Of a stretch of 64,000 nt of DNA, positions 9,063 through 18,635 are shown in pieces. This DNA comes from Candidatus Zhuqueibacterota bacterium. GTDB taxonomy: Bacteria > SM23-31. The position numbers were made by a program, and so were the translations under genes. Location of the stretch: contig JBHPLC010000005.1 of the NCBI GenBank assembly GCA_042564455.1, positions 481 to 64,480 of the forward strand. The letters run 5' to 3'. Numbering within the stretch: position 1 is the first letter of the stretch; every line of letters starts with the position of its first letter. The notes below the pieces were generated by a model, which worked only from the letters and a program-made list of their open reading frames with translations, was not told where the DNA came from and made no database searches.

Positions 9063-9857
9063 CTATTTATCCCTGACGCAGCGAACAGAAAACCCGTTCT
9101 TCTTATACATGCTGCTCCGGGAGATGCCTGCGCTGCTAGAGATCAGGCGACGGCCCCACGCACCGTCGCTACTGGACTCCGATGAGGACCAGAAGTCGGC
9201 GCATTGACCCATATTGCCGAAACTGCCATTGGTGGCGTCCCGACTCCCGCCGTGCAACGCGGAAAAGCCGCTTTTGTTTGTAGTTCCAGTATTAGGAGTG
9301 AGCCAGTGAGCCGTTCCGGTCTCTTTTAGTTTGCCACCTTCATTAGTACCGCGCCCACCAGTATCATCCGCCTCTGACTGACTCATTCCCAGATACATCT
9401 CCAACTCCTTCCAGTCATCGTCTGTCGGTACATGCCAGCCCTCAGGAGCTAAATCCCTGCTGTCGACTACCGCAAACCAGTTGTAAAGAAAACCGTACGT
9501 GTCCGCATTACTCTCAGTATTCTCGTATACGCAATAGGCACCGCTTGAAAGGCTTGTCCAAGCAGAAACCTCCCTTACATTCGGGATCGCATCCCCGTTG
9601 CGGTATTTGGTCACTTTCAGGTTAGTGACCATCCACTCCTGATTACCGATTATTATTGTTTCATATACATTACCATCTATATCGGTTACTGTTCCGGTTG
9701 TTTGTTCCTCTGTGGTTTCCTTAGATTCATTATCTATCTTCTTTTCATCGTATACATATCTCTGACTGCAAGTAGTTAGCAATAAAAAGACTATTATGAA
9801 TAGAGAAAAAAGGTATAAACGTCTATGCAGAAATACTGAATATTTGAGTTTCTTCAT
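9063..9857 (-). CDS. FISUMP (Fibrobacter succinogenes major paralogous) domain protein
   Basis: GTVTDIDGNVYETIIIGNQEWMVTNLKVTKYRNGDAIP...LYNWFAV...GWHVPTDDDWKELE...FSVRCVRDK. I place the start at MKKLKYS (9857). The 14 codons upstream in the track belong to a kinase stub. Confidence 0.8.
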   Translation of the reverse strand: MKKLKYSVFLHRRLYLFSLFIIVFLLLTTCSQRYVYDEKKIDNESKETTEEQTTGTVTDIDGNVYETIIIGNQEWMVTNLKVTKYRNGDAIPNVREVSAWTSLSSGAYCVYENTESNADTYGFLYNWFAVVDSRDLAPEGWHVPTDDDWKELEMYLGMSQSEADDTGGRGTNEGGKLKETGTAHWLTPNTGTTNKSGFSALHGGSRDATNGSFGNMGQCADFWSSSESSSDGAWGRRLISSSAGISRSSMYKKNGFSVRCVRDK

Positions 9858-9940
9858 TTTTTCCACTTTTGTATACTCCGCTTTGTACACCGCGCCCATA
9901 CTACCTTCACCAAGCTTCTCTTTAATCTTATAATGAGATT
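9858..9940 (-). pseudogene. orphan 5' stub of a Ser/Thr kinase gene
   Basis: The minus strand reads atcggtgaa..tct cat tat aag att aaa gag aag ctt ggt gaa ggt agt atg ggc gcg gtg tac aaa gcg = SHYKIKEKLGEGSMGAVYKA. This is the glycine-rich loop seen in the intact kinases at 28629 and 44923. In-frame stops lie just upstream. Confidence 0.65.
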
Positions 9941-10045
9941 ATTTTCACCGATCTTTAGAAACCTCTTGAAAGGAAAGTTTTTCATGAAAAATGTCACAAA
10001 AGAGATTATAAAACCATCATTAAGGGGGATGCCCGGGATCTTATT

Positions 10046-10123
10046 TCAACTCAATGGGGCTGAAAAGTTCTCCCATTCGTGCTTGACACGTTCCTTAAGC
10101 ATCCAATTTATTATCGCTGCTGC
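10046..10123 (-). pseudogene. orphan 3' stub of a kinase/TPR family gene
   Basis: The minus strand reads IAAAIINWMLKERVKHEWENFSAPLS-stop. Compare NWFDEMKEEF at 25969 and RVKYEWENFEV at 42701. Confidence 0.55.
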
Positions 10124-10171
10124 TATTTATCAGATCCTCTATAACCGGGGATCCTTCCATCGGCCGGATAT

Positions 10172-10939
10172 TTAGAACGTGAACATTAAACCCATCTGAA
10201 AAAGCAATAAATCTGTATGTGACTTAATGTAATTAAAAGTTATTTCTTCGGTAGTTTGGTTTATCGAAGTATCTTTTACATATTCAGCTTTACCGCCCCA
10301 TAAATATCGTACATGTAGTTCAATATAAACAGGATTCCCTTTTCCTTTTTTAACAATATTTATTCTGGTACCGCATCCGATCCCGTGACCAAAAGTACTA
10401 TCAGAAAAATCTTCTACTGATGTGGATGATATTCTATCATATTCTACAGGACTCGTAATACCATATAAGACTGATGAAGTACTTCTTGATAATTTGATCA
10501 CTCCAATTAAACCCTCAGCAAACGGCTGGAATATTCCTGTTCTTTTCTGTGTCCTGACAACAAAATGAAACATTTTAATAGAGTTCTTCTTATTTGTTTC
10601 AGTTACATAGGGGGGATAATGTTCTCTTGATTCTTCAAGATTATTTGATATTAATCCTCCCTCAACACCAAAAAAAAGATAGGAATTCCCCGGACAATAT
10701 CCGCCAAAAACTGAAAAACCAAATCCTGTGTCATTAAAATTTCTACGATATTCTCCTTGAGGTGTACCGAGTGTAAATTTAATTGCTGCATTAAATTTCG
10801 ATTGTGCATATGATGCAGTATCATTTATCGATATAAGTATTAATACTAAGAGAACAATTCCCCATACAGAGGGATAAGCTGACCTTGAATTCATACTGTT
10901 CTCCTTATTAGATAATAATTTAATCAATATTCTGCTCAA
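10172..10939 (-). CDS. outer-membrane beta-barrel protein, unknown function
   Basis: 255 aa with a signal peptide, alternating beta-strand pattern and a C-terminal aromatic residue (..MGLMFTF). Confidence 0.5.
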   Translation of the reverse strand: MSRILIKLLSNKENSMNSRSAYPSVWGIVLLVLILISINDTASYAQSKFNAAIKFTLGTPQGEYRRNFNDTGFGFSVFGGYCPGNSYLFFGVEGGLISNNLEESREHYPPYVTETNKKNSIKMFHFVVRTQKRTGIFQPFAEGLIGVIKLSRSTSSVLYGITSPVEYDRISSTSVEDFSDSTFGHGIGCGTRINIVKKGKGNPVYIELHVRYLWGGKAEYVKDTSINQTTEEITFNYIKSHTDLLLFQMGLMFTF

Positions 10940-11113
10940 TCCATTTTCTCTAAAGAAGCTCTATATTTCTACTCTTTGAATATGAACTGCTAATCAATTC
11001 TTACCTTTAATAAAGACATTCAAACCGCCGCTTTTGCCAAACCATATATTACCGACCGGATCAACAGAAATTTATATATTTAAATTCAGATTTTTTCCTG
11101 CTATTTTAAAAGA

Positions 11114-11449
11114 TTATAGTATCCATTTTATAATCGAATCAATCACAGTTATCAAGAACGCGGCAATAAATGTTGTCCTAAGGCTTTCAATTTCAAAATC
11201 CTCTATAAGCTTATCTGTAATCCAGAGCATAAACGCATTGATTACAAACTTGAACAATCCAAATGTTATGAACATAAACGGGAAAGTCAGCAACATTAAC
11301 AACCAGCCAAAAACGAAGTTTATTACACTGTAAACAAGCGCAACGATAATAGCTGTGAGATAATTTTTCAGCCGAATACCCGGTAGAAATTTTGCTACGA
11401 TAAAGATTACGATACTAAGTATACCAACATTCCAGACAAATGACATCAT
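11114..11449 (-). CDS. phage holin family (superfamily IV, YvlD-like) membrane protein
   Basis: 111 aa with four TM helices. The ..LLTFPFMFITFGLFKFVINAFMLWITDKL.. pattern is typical of this family. Confidence 0.65.
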   Translation of the reverse strand: MMSFVWNVGILSIVIFIVAKFLPGIRLKNYLTAIIVALVYSVINFVFGWLLMLLTFPFMFITFGLFKFVINAFMLWITDKLIEDFEIESLRTTFIAAFLITVIDSIIKWIL

Positions 11450-11760
11450 AATACTCTCCGAATTAATTTTTATAAAGTGATTATAATCTGTTTTACAGGT
11501 AATATTAAATACAGAATCATATCTGTATTGACTGATTCACTTTACCAATTCTTACAAAAAATGGCATGAAATTACAGGGATTATGAAATGGTTAAAATAG
11601 TGAGAAAAATGGCAGTAGCCATGCGTAAGATGCTAAATAACAATAGTTGGAGCAATCCTGTTTTTCAGGGACTATCCATTAACCCCTATTCATGATTGAA
11701 AATTTGGTGCCGAGAAGTGCTTTTGTATGACTATTGGGCAAATATTACCATTCTTTATAA

Positions 11761-12525
11761 TTAATAGCTGCATGATAAAGTAATTCCGAATACAAAATGA
11801 TCCGCATCAATGGCGATTATGTCTTTTACGTAGTTGCGTAAATCACTACAGACCATCGAATAAAACTTAGCCTCCGGTTTGAGAGTAACATTGTTCCCGA
11901 CAGCAATAGGAGTACTTATACCGACAGAGAAATCGCCCATAGTACTCTTAGTATAACCCCAGTAATATAAATCGCTATGTTTTTTTGTTCCCCATCCAAG
12001 AGCGCTTGAAATATCAATACTTGTAGTGCCCGCCGGGATACTGGCTTCATATCCGGCAGAGACGTATAATCCTTTATAATCACCGACTCCCTGGAAAAGA
12101 CCAAGCGAAGCACCGCCAGTATAATCTGATACCAGAATAACGTACAATTCGTTATAGTCGTCAAATTGTGTGTGAGGAAATGTAAACCTTGAATAGCCCG
12201 CTGTACATGAATATCCTGAGAGAGCAGTTGTGTAATCTATAAAAAAATCAACTTCATTAAATTCATTCTTGAGACCATTCACATCATCCAAGTCCATATT
12301 ACTCCAAACTGCAGCGCTCAGATTTCCGGTAGCTACTATAAGAGTCGGTTGTATTACAGGGCCATCCGTCAAAGGCATTCCCCTCAATATGTATTTATTC
12401 AGGACAGGCACATCAAAGGAAACACTCAAACCAGGTGGGCCGGATTCCTGCGCTGATGCAAAATTTACCGTACAAATCATAATTAAAACCAAAAGCATTC
12501 CTGTACTGATTACGTATTTACTCAT
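11761..12525 (-). CDS. TorF-like putative porin (outer-membrane beta-barrel)
   Basis: 254 aa with a signal peptide. NKYILRGMPLTDGPVIQPTLIVATGNLSAAVWSNMDL resembles the TorF/Gcw_chp family signature. Confidence 0.55.
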   Translation of the reverse strand: MSKYVISTGMLLVLIMICTVNFASAQESGPPGLSVSFDVPVLNKYILRGMPLTDGPVIQPTLIVATGNLSAAVWSNMDLDDVNGLKNEFNEVDFFIDYTTALSGYSCTAGYSRFTFPHTQFDDYNELYVILVSDYTGGASLGLFQGVGDYKGLYVSAGYEASIPAGTTSIDISSALGWGTKKHSDLYYWGYTKSTMGDFSVGISTPIAVGNNVTLKPEAKFYSMVCSDLRNYVKDIIAIDADHFVFGITLSCSY

Positions 12526-12580
12526 AATACCTCCAAAATTAAATTGAACATCATCACATTTTTTAAATCCTATAGAAAAT

Positions 12581-12946
12581 TCAGGATTTTTTAATTAAAA
12601 CGGGTGATATCAGTATTCTGAAAAAGGATATTCTCTCTTCTGCTTTTTTCAAAAGCAATTCATCCAATTCACCCGCATCAAAATAAATACCTTTACAATT
12701 ACTGCACTTATCAACTTCAATCTTCTCAATTATTTTTATTTCCATATCATGGCCGCACTTTGGGCATTTCATCCAATGCAATTCTATTAATTTGCTTTTA
12801 CCTTCCTTTTCTTGTCTTAAGCGTTCTTGTTCCTTTTTTTGATTTGCTCGATCCATTGCAGTGCGAATTAATTGACTTTCGTTTTTATTGAACCATGCAT
12901 CGATGTTTTTTCCGATTACTTGACTAACCTCTTTATCTTGTGCCAT
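12581..12946 (-). CDS. zinc-ribbon (zf-TFIIB-like) domain protein
   Basis: MKCPKCGHDMEI...VDKCSNCKGIYFDAGELDELL, preceded by a charged coiled coil. Confidence 0.6.
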   Translation of the reverse strand: MAQDKEVSQVIGKNIDAWFNKNESQLIRTAMDRANQKKEQERLRQEKEGKSKLIELHWMKCPKCGHDMEIKIIEKIEVDKCSNCKGIYFDAGELDELLLKKAEERISFFRILISPVLIKKS

Positions 12947-13114
12947 AGATTTTACCTCACAGTTTTAGTGATATTGAAAACAACTATAAAAACTTCAATA
13001 ATACTCAGTTCGATATTAATTTAAGCAATCTGTATGACTATAATCGATGGAATATCTGGATAATTCACATTCATTGTGTTGAATTTTCATTGATTTTATT
13101 TATCAGACTCCGTT

Positions 13115-14071
13115 TTATACATCATTTTTTATTGACAATCTGTGTCTAAGATTGAATTCACTCACATGCTGTAAATTAGTCGGGTCAAGACCTTCTAATC
13201 TGATCCTGGCTAATAACTCATTAAATTCGGGGGTATGTTTAAATGTTAACGGCCTCGGGCTTGCGCCAACAATTGAAGTATCAAAAAGTATCTTTGCTCC
13301 CTCACCTATTCCCCGGTCGGTAGTATAATATTGTGAAAGAACAATAATCCTTGTACCAAGATATAATGCTTCTTCAAGATCGTGTGTAACAAAGAATACT
13401 GTCATATCGGAATTGTCCCATATTTCAAGTATAAACGCCTGCATAGTAGACCTCGTTCCTTCATCAAGAGCTCCAAACGGTTCATCCATGAACAGTACGG
13501 AAGGATTCATTATCAACGCCTGTGCAATAGCAGCTCTCTGCTGCATACCGCCGGAAAGTTCATAAGGATATTTTCGCGCTGAATCGGCAAGTCCGACCCG
13601 CTCCAGAAAGTGCATTGCTTTTTCCCTGAATTTTTTCTTCTTCTTCCGAACACTGAAAGGATTAATAAATCGGCCTATTAATTGGAAATCTTCAAGTTCG
13701 GGACCAAATGCAACGTTATCTACTACGCTTAGGTGTGGAAACAAGGAATATTTTTGGAACACTACGCCTCTATCCCTATCAGGGCCGGTAACCTTCTTAC
13801 CATGAACCCACAGCTCTCCGCTTGTCGGTTCTTCAGAACCTAAAAGCAACCGAAAGAGGGTTGTTTTACCGCATCCCGTTGGACCGACAATTGTCAAGAA
13901 AGTTGATTCACTAACTTGCAAATCAATTCCATTGAGAACAGTTCTTTCTTTTCCGGTAATTCTTGACGGATAGCTTTTATAAACATTTTTAACATCGATT
14001 ATGACGGGCTTACCCGGTTCCTTTTTTACTTTTTCAGTATTATTTTTTCCGGAGTCTTTGCTGTTGTTCAT
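13115..14071 (-). CDS. ABC transporter ATP-binding protein (NitT/TauT family)
   Basis: Walker A GPTGCGKTT, signature LSGGMQQRAAIA, Walker B VLFMDEPFGALD. Confidence 0.9.
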   Translation of the reverse strand: MNNSKDSGKNNTEKVKKEPGKPVIIDVKNVYKSYPSRITGKERTVLNGIDLQVSESTFLTIVGPTGCGKTTLFRLLLGSEEPTSGELWVHGKKVTGPDRDRGVVFQKYSLFPHLSVVDNVAFGPELEDFQLIGRFINPFSVRKKKKKFREKAMHFLERVGLADSARKYPYELSGGMQQRAAIAQALIMNPSVLFMDEPFGALDEGTRSTMQAFILEIWDNSDMTVFFVTHDLEEALYLGTRIIVLSQYYTTDRGIGEGAKILFDTSIVGASPRPLTFKHTPEFNELLARIRLEGLDPTNLQHVSEFNLRHRLSIKNDV

Positions 14072-14088
14072 TAAAAGAATCCTCCTCT

Positions 14089-14916
14089 TTAATTGTTTAT
14101 TGACCAGCTATACCGTTTTCTTATCCACAATCTGAAAAGAAAATCCAGAGTATACGCTAAAACTGAGATCCAGATCACATAAGGAATAATTACATCAAAT
14201 GCCGTAAATTTTCGTACAAGAAATATTCTGTAACCTAAACCAGCATTAGCTCCAAGCATTTCACTTGCTAAAAGTAGTAATATCATGGATTTAAAATTTA
14301 GCCGTATCGTGTCCAGCACCTGTGGAAAAATCTGGGGGAGCACTATCCTGTATGTAACTTCAAGGTCAGTAGCAGCAAGCGTTTTACCCTTGATGATCTG
14401 TTCGCTATGCACGGCTTTTGCTCTCAGATAAGTATCAAGGCATATAACCGGAAAAACAGCTATAACTATCAAAGCGACCTTGCTTGCATCACCTAAACCA
14501 AAAACGATAAATAATATCGGCACAAGAGCAATTGGTGAAATTTTATCAAAGAAGGTGATAAATCTTAAAAAAACTGATTCAATGTATGGTTGGATCCCCA
14601 TATGCAGTCCAAGAATAACGGCAAGAAATAGGATTGCGAGACTGATCAAAAAGCGACGGGCACTGGCTATTGTATCCACGAGCAGTTCATATTCTCCGGT
14701 TCTTTTATCCTTTTCAAATGCCTGTCGATTAAAACCATCAATCATCTGGCTTATGGTTGGCGTTAACGATTCCGAAGGATTATTCTGGTGCCTGACACGA
14801 GCAACTTCAATGTACAATCCAATCGAAATTATAAAAAGCAGAGCAGAAAGCAAATGTGCCGTTTTTCTGCTCAGATTTGCATTAATCTTGAAAATGTTCA
14901 ATTGAATTCCCTCCAA
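14089..14916 (-). CDS. ABC transporter permease (NitT/TauT family)
   Basis: 275 aa polytopic protein, 17 nt upstream of the ATPase gene. Confidence 0.8.
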   Translation of the reverse strand: MEGIQLNIFKINANLSRKTAHLLSALLFIISIGLYIEVARVRHQNNPSESLTPTISQMIDGFNRQAFEKDKRTGEYELLVDTIASARRFLISLAILFLAVILGLHMGIQPYIESVFLRFITFFDKISPIALVPILFIVFGLGDASKVALIVIAVFPVICLDTYLRAKAVHSEQIIKGKTLAATDLEVTYRIVLPQIFPQVLDTIRLNFKSMILLLLASEMLGANAGLGYRIFLVRKFTAFDVIIPYVIWISVLAYTLDFLFRLWIRKRYSWSINN

Positions 14917-15186
14917 TATACATAATAATATAATTATGCTTTTTGTATTATGTCAATCCGAAATATTAAGAAATCTAATTCAAAATTGTGATCCTGAGAT
15001 TACGCAGAATCATTAAATAAATATAAGAATTCTGTAATCCTAAAAGGTCAGGCAAATTAACGAATGATCAAAAAATACCGGATACTTGCTTTAAATAGAC
15101 GACAACTCTAAGCAGATAAAGACTAAGGGATATCCAAAAACAGGATTATTTCTTTAGAGATATCCTGGCTGCTGTTAATCATCGGG

Positions 15187-16314
15187 TTACTTCTTGATCT
15201 TGCCGTCAGCGTGTTCCTGCATAAATTTTGCATCGAAAGTGAACTGTACATTCCTGGAATTTCCCTGAATTGTACCGTCCGGATACTTAATTCCCACTAT
15301 ATCAACGGAAGGGGCATTTTCACCCAACAGCCCGTGATCAAAACAAAAGTTCCTCACGTAATCCATTTTTTCTTTAATTTCCTTACTCTTAGCGTAATCA
15401 GCGGCAGATTGGCTCGTCCAAAACATCATTGTTGTTTTTAACTGGTTTTTATATTCTACCAAAGATGCTTCCGCTTCAGCACCCATGTACTCTAAAGCCT
15501 CATCAGTTGCCGATCCCCTTTTTGACATTATATCCATTACTTCATACCAGGCGCCTACGAGTGCTCTCCCAATATCCGGATTTTTTTCAAGGAGGTCTGT
15601 ACTGATAACCATTAGATCCAGGATCTCACCGGGAGTTTTTGAGCTGTTATATACATTTGTAACACCAGGTGTTTTCATGATCTCCATAACCATGGGATTC
15701 CATGTTACCACAACTTTAATATCTTTATTTCCTATGAATATCGGAGCAATGTCGCTATCACTGGTATTCATAAGTTTTACATCTCGTTCACTCAAACCTT
15801 TAGATTTCAGGTAACGATCTAAGAGATAATGGCTGACACTTAATTCAGCCAGATATACTTCATGACCCTTGATGTTATCAATGTTAATATTATCCCGGGT
15901 CAAGACAGCATCATTACCGTTACTATAATCCCCTATAATGAGTGCAGTAGAAGTGATTCCAGAGGCGGCAGGCATATCCAGCGCTTCCATATTTGTCATG
16001 ACACAGGCATCCACCTGCTTCGCGACATAAGCTTCTATAGATGCAATATAATCCATCCTCGGAAGCAATTCAATCTCCACGCCGTAACGGTCGCCCCAGG
16101 ATTTCAAGATACCCTGAGCATCGGCATAATCCCACGGCATCCAGCCAACATAAATAGACCATGCTATACGCACCTTTGGTTTTTGAGCATAAATATCATC
16201 AGTACTCAGGTTAATAATAATTACTAAAGCAAGCATGATAAGAATGAATGTTCTGACTAATCTTGACATAAAAACCTCCTTACAGGTTAAGATTAGATAC
16301 AGGTTTATTGACAA
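15187..16314 (-). CDS. ABC transporter substrate-binding protein (NMT1-like; resembles the urea-carboxylase-associated SBP family)
   Basis: KVRIAWSIYVGWMPWDYADAQGILKSWGDRYGVEIEL...ACVMTNMEALDMPAASGITSTALIIGDYSNGNDAVL. The likely true start is MSRLVRT at 16269. Confidence 0.7.
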   Translation of the reverse strand: MSINLYLILTCKEVFMSRLVRTFILIMLALVIIINLSTDDIYAQKPKVRIAWSIYVGWMPWDYADAQGILKSWGDRYGVEIELLPRMDYIASIEAYVAKQVDACVMTNMEALDMPAASGITSTALIIGDYSNGNDAVLTRDNINIDNIKGHEVYLAELSVSHYLLDRYLKSKGLSERDVKLMNTSDSDIAPIFIGNKDIKVVVTWNPMVMEIMKTPGVTNVYNSSKTPGEILDLMVISTDLLEKNPDIGRALVGAWYEVMDIMSKRGSATDEALEYMGAEAEASLVEYKNQLKTTMMFWTSQSAADYAKSKEIKEKMDYVRNFCFDHGLLGENAPSVDIVGIKYPDGTIQGNSRNVQFTFDAKFMQEHADGKIKK

Positions 16315-16347
16315 TTTGATATATATTGACAGAAATACCGGCAGGAA

Positions 16348-17580
16348 TTAACCGGTTGATTCCTCGAAATCCATATCGAAAATCAGCGACGCCTCTTGTG
16401 CAGCATCACCTTTTTCCATGTCCTGTATTTCCTTTTCGGCTTCGCTTGCCAGGCTATCCATAGCAATAATAGCATTAGCCATTTCCGGCAGTGCTTTCGT
16501 TCGAAACTCGGAAAGTTCTTTAACAGCGCCTTTTAAAGTGCTAAAATTCTGTGTTAATTTTTCCATATTAAGCATTGTTGTGGATGCCTGTTTCTGAATG
16601 TCGACTCCCTGAGTTGCAAGCATATCAGTAGTACGCTGCAGCAGGTTATCCGTTGTCACATTGAGAGCACTTATCTTATCGAGAACGATCTTCTGATGAT
16701 TAAGTGCAAATGCAACGGTAACAGCTACCGTAAGAGCAGTGATGGTAACATCCTTTGCCCGTTCGACGCCCCTGATCAATTCACGATTGTTGCGTATTAT
16801 GATTTCAATAGCAATGAACCCTTGCTGGTTAACAAGTAATTTCTGATAAAGGTCCTGAACTTTTTGCCTGAGAGGGAAGAGAAGTTCTGTTTCAATAAAT
16901 TTTGCTTCATTCTCATCCATATCTCCGGCATCTAATTTAGCGGACAGCAACTCGTCCATTTTCTGTCCCATAGCAATAATCTTATGCATATGGTGTGTTA
17001 TATCACGCATCCTTGTCTGGTCACCCGATAATATTTTATTATCCGTGAGAAGTTGCGTTTTCCCAACATCCAGACTGGTCATTATCCTGTCAATCACTAC
17101 CTGGGCACTTTCATATTTCATAAAATACCTTTTCATTGGTTTACCAACACCGGGTATTAATCCCATGAGACGACTGAAAGCACCAACCTTGGTAATTTGG
17201 ATTGGATCCAATTCTTCCACTTTCACAGTTAGATCAACTAAGGTTTTGGCAATTGGTCCTCCTTCACCTGCGGCACTCTGTTGAAGCTTCTTTATCGGTT
17301 CCCTCAACATCGCACTGTAATGACGCGTTTTTTCAGAAGTACGTGAACCGAGATTATCTACCGCTTCTCTTTTCTTTCCCGGATCAAGTGACGTACTGAG
17401 AAGCTGCTCAACAAATTGCTGCGCCTTGGCATCTATCTCCGGATCAGAAGATACTTCCGGGGAAACAGCTATCTTGCTGTCCTGGGCCGGCGGCGTTACT
17501 TCAGCGGTAAGCTTGTCCTTTGAGGCCAGTTCAAGAGGCTTGACTTCGGCTGGACTTTCTTTTGTTTTATCTTTCGCCAT
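16348..17580 (-). CDS. telA: TelA-family toxic anion resistance protein
   Basis: 410 aa, all-helical. The size and the QFVEQLL...REAVDNLG...HYSAMLREPIKKL N-terminal pattern fit the TelA/KlaA family. Confidence 0.7.
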   Translation of the reverse strand: MAKDKTKESPAEVKPLELASKDKLTAEVTPPAQDSKIAVSPEVSSDPEIDAKAQQFVEQLLSTSLDPGKKREAVDNLGSRTSEKTRHYSAMLREPIKKLQQSAAGEGGPIAKTLVDLTVKVEELDPIQITKVGAFSRLMGLIPGVGKPMKRYFMKYESAQVVIDRIMTSLDVGKTQLLTDNKILSGDQTRMRDITHHMHKIIAMGQKMDELLSAKLDAGDMDENEAKFIETELLFPLRQKVQDLYQKLLVNQQGFIAIEIIIRNNRELIRGVERAKDVTITALTVAVTVAFALNHQKIVLDKISALNVTTDNLLQRTTDMLATQGVDIQKQASTTMLNMEKLTQNFSTLKGAVKELSEFRTKALPEMANAIIAMDSLASEAEKEIQDMEKGDAAQEASLIFDMDFEESTG

Positions 17581-17673
17581 AAAACTCTCCTGTTATTTAA
17601 TAGTAAGCATTTGTATTGCATTGTTATAACTTACCCGTTAATTATCGATGTATATTATTTAATTATAAAAAAG

Positions 17674-18552
17674 CTATTCCGGTTTAAAATCCTTGAATTG
17701 TTTTGCAAGGTGTACGAGCTCTCCCATAGCACCTTCCATGTCGACCGAGGCACGTCCTTTCTCAATCTGCATTGTTGATATATCCATCGCTGTCTGATCT
17801 AACCGGGTCATAGCAAGGATATTTTTGCGCAGAAGATTGTCAACTTCGGCCAGACGCTCCTCCCTCTTTTCAAGAGTATCGTTAAGAGCTTCAATTTCTA
17901 TCTCGACAGATTTGTTCTCTTTTAATGTTGTCTGAAGTTCTCCAATTTTACTTTTAATATTATCCGGATTTACCGCACTGATGCTGTCCAGACATGCGAC
18001 AACCTGCTGCAGGTTATCAAGAGCATTTTTGTATACCTGTTCAGCCATACCAAGAAACCGACCGTAGGCAAGCCCTCCTGATTGAAGCTTTTTTTCGAGT
18101 ACACTTACAAGACTTTCATATTTCTCTTTTAGTTTATCAATCTGAGCCACACCCTCCGAGCAATTGAATTCCTTGAGATCCTTTTTCAGCCTGCCAATGG
18201 CCATTTCAGTCTGCTCACGCAAAGCTGCACGCAGTCTTTCAACATGTTTGATCTCAAAGTGCTCTTCTCTGAAATACCTGTTTAATAAAAAAGATCCTGA
18301 ACTTACACCAAAAGAACCGAGAAAAACAATAAACATAAACGGATTTACACTCAAAAGAGACATCCACAAACCAGAAATGAGAGCACCGGCTCCTGAATAC
18401 AATGTAACAGGATGCTGGTTGATTTCATTTTTGACAGCCTGCTGGATACTCATTGAAGAGAAATCTACAATCGCAGGTACCGTTTTTTTGGTTTCAGCTT
18501 CTGATTTATCCCCTCGAGGAATAATATTTTTTAAAAATTTCATTATCTCCAC
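17674..18552 (-). CDS. membrane protein with two TM helices and a long coiled coil (possible XpaC-like TelA partner)
   Basis: 292 aa with a hydrophobic hairpin at residues 50-90, then heptad-rich sequence. The XpaC analogy rests only on architecture and the TelA adjacency. Confidence 0.4.
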   Translation of the reverse strand: MEIMKFLKNIIPRGDKSEAETKKTVPAIVDFSSMSIQQAVKNEINQHPVTLYSGAGALISGLWMSLLSVNPFMFIVFLGSFGVSSGSFLLNRYFREEHFEIKHVERLRAALREQTEMAIGRLKKDLKEFNCSEGVAQIDKLKEKYESLVSVLEKKLQSGGLAYGRFLGMAEQVYKNALDNLQQVVACLDSISAVNPDNIKSKIGELQTTLKENKSVEIEIEALNDTLEKREERLAEVDNLLRKNILAMTRLDQTAMDISTMQIEKGRASVDMEGAMGELVHLAKQFKDFKPE

Positions 18553-18635
18553 TCAGTAAGTTAGTAAAATACCCAGTACCAGTATTAACATTGACGTCAA
18601 ATTTTCCACTCCTGAATACGCTATTAATCAATTAA

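Noticed and set aside
8163-9899. Possible diversity-generating retroelement targets, because an FGE-sulfatase/C-type-lectin-like fold protein and a FISUMP protein sit side by side.
   Set aside because: No ORF in the window has a reverse transcriptase motif. I found no template repeat matching the C-terminal regions with adenine-specific differences. The only long identity (98 nt) is perfect and lies outside the C-terminal variable-type region.
6351-12946. Integron-like cassette array, suggested by ten small co-oriented genes of mostly unknown function.
   Set aside because: There is no intI-type integrase nearby. The intergenic regions lack attC-like imperfect palindromes with RYYYAAC/GTTRRRY cores. 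The recurring motif ends in GTTGTT/GTTATT, which does not fit GTTRRRY.
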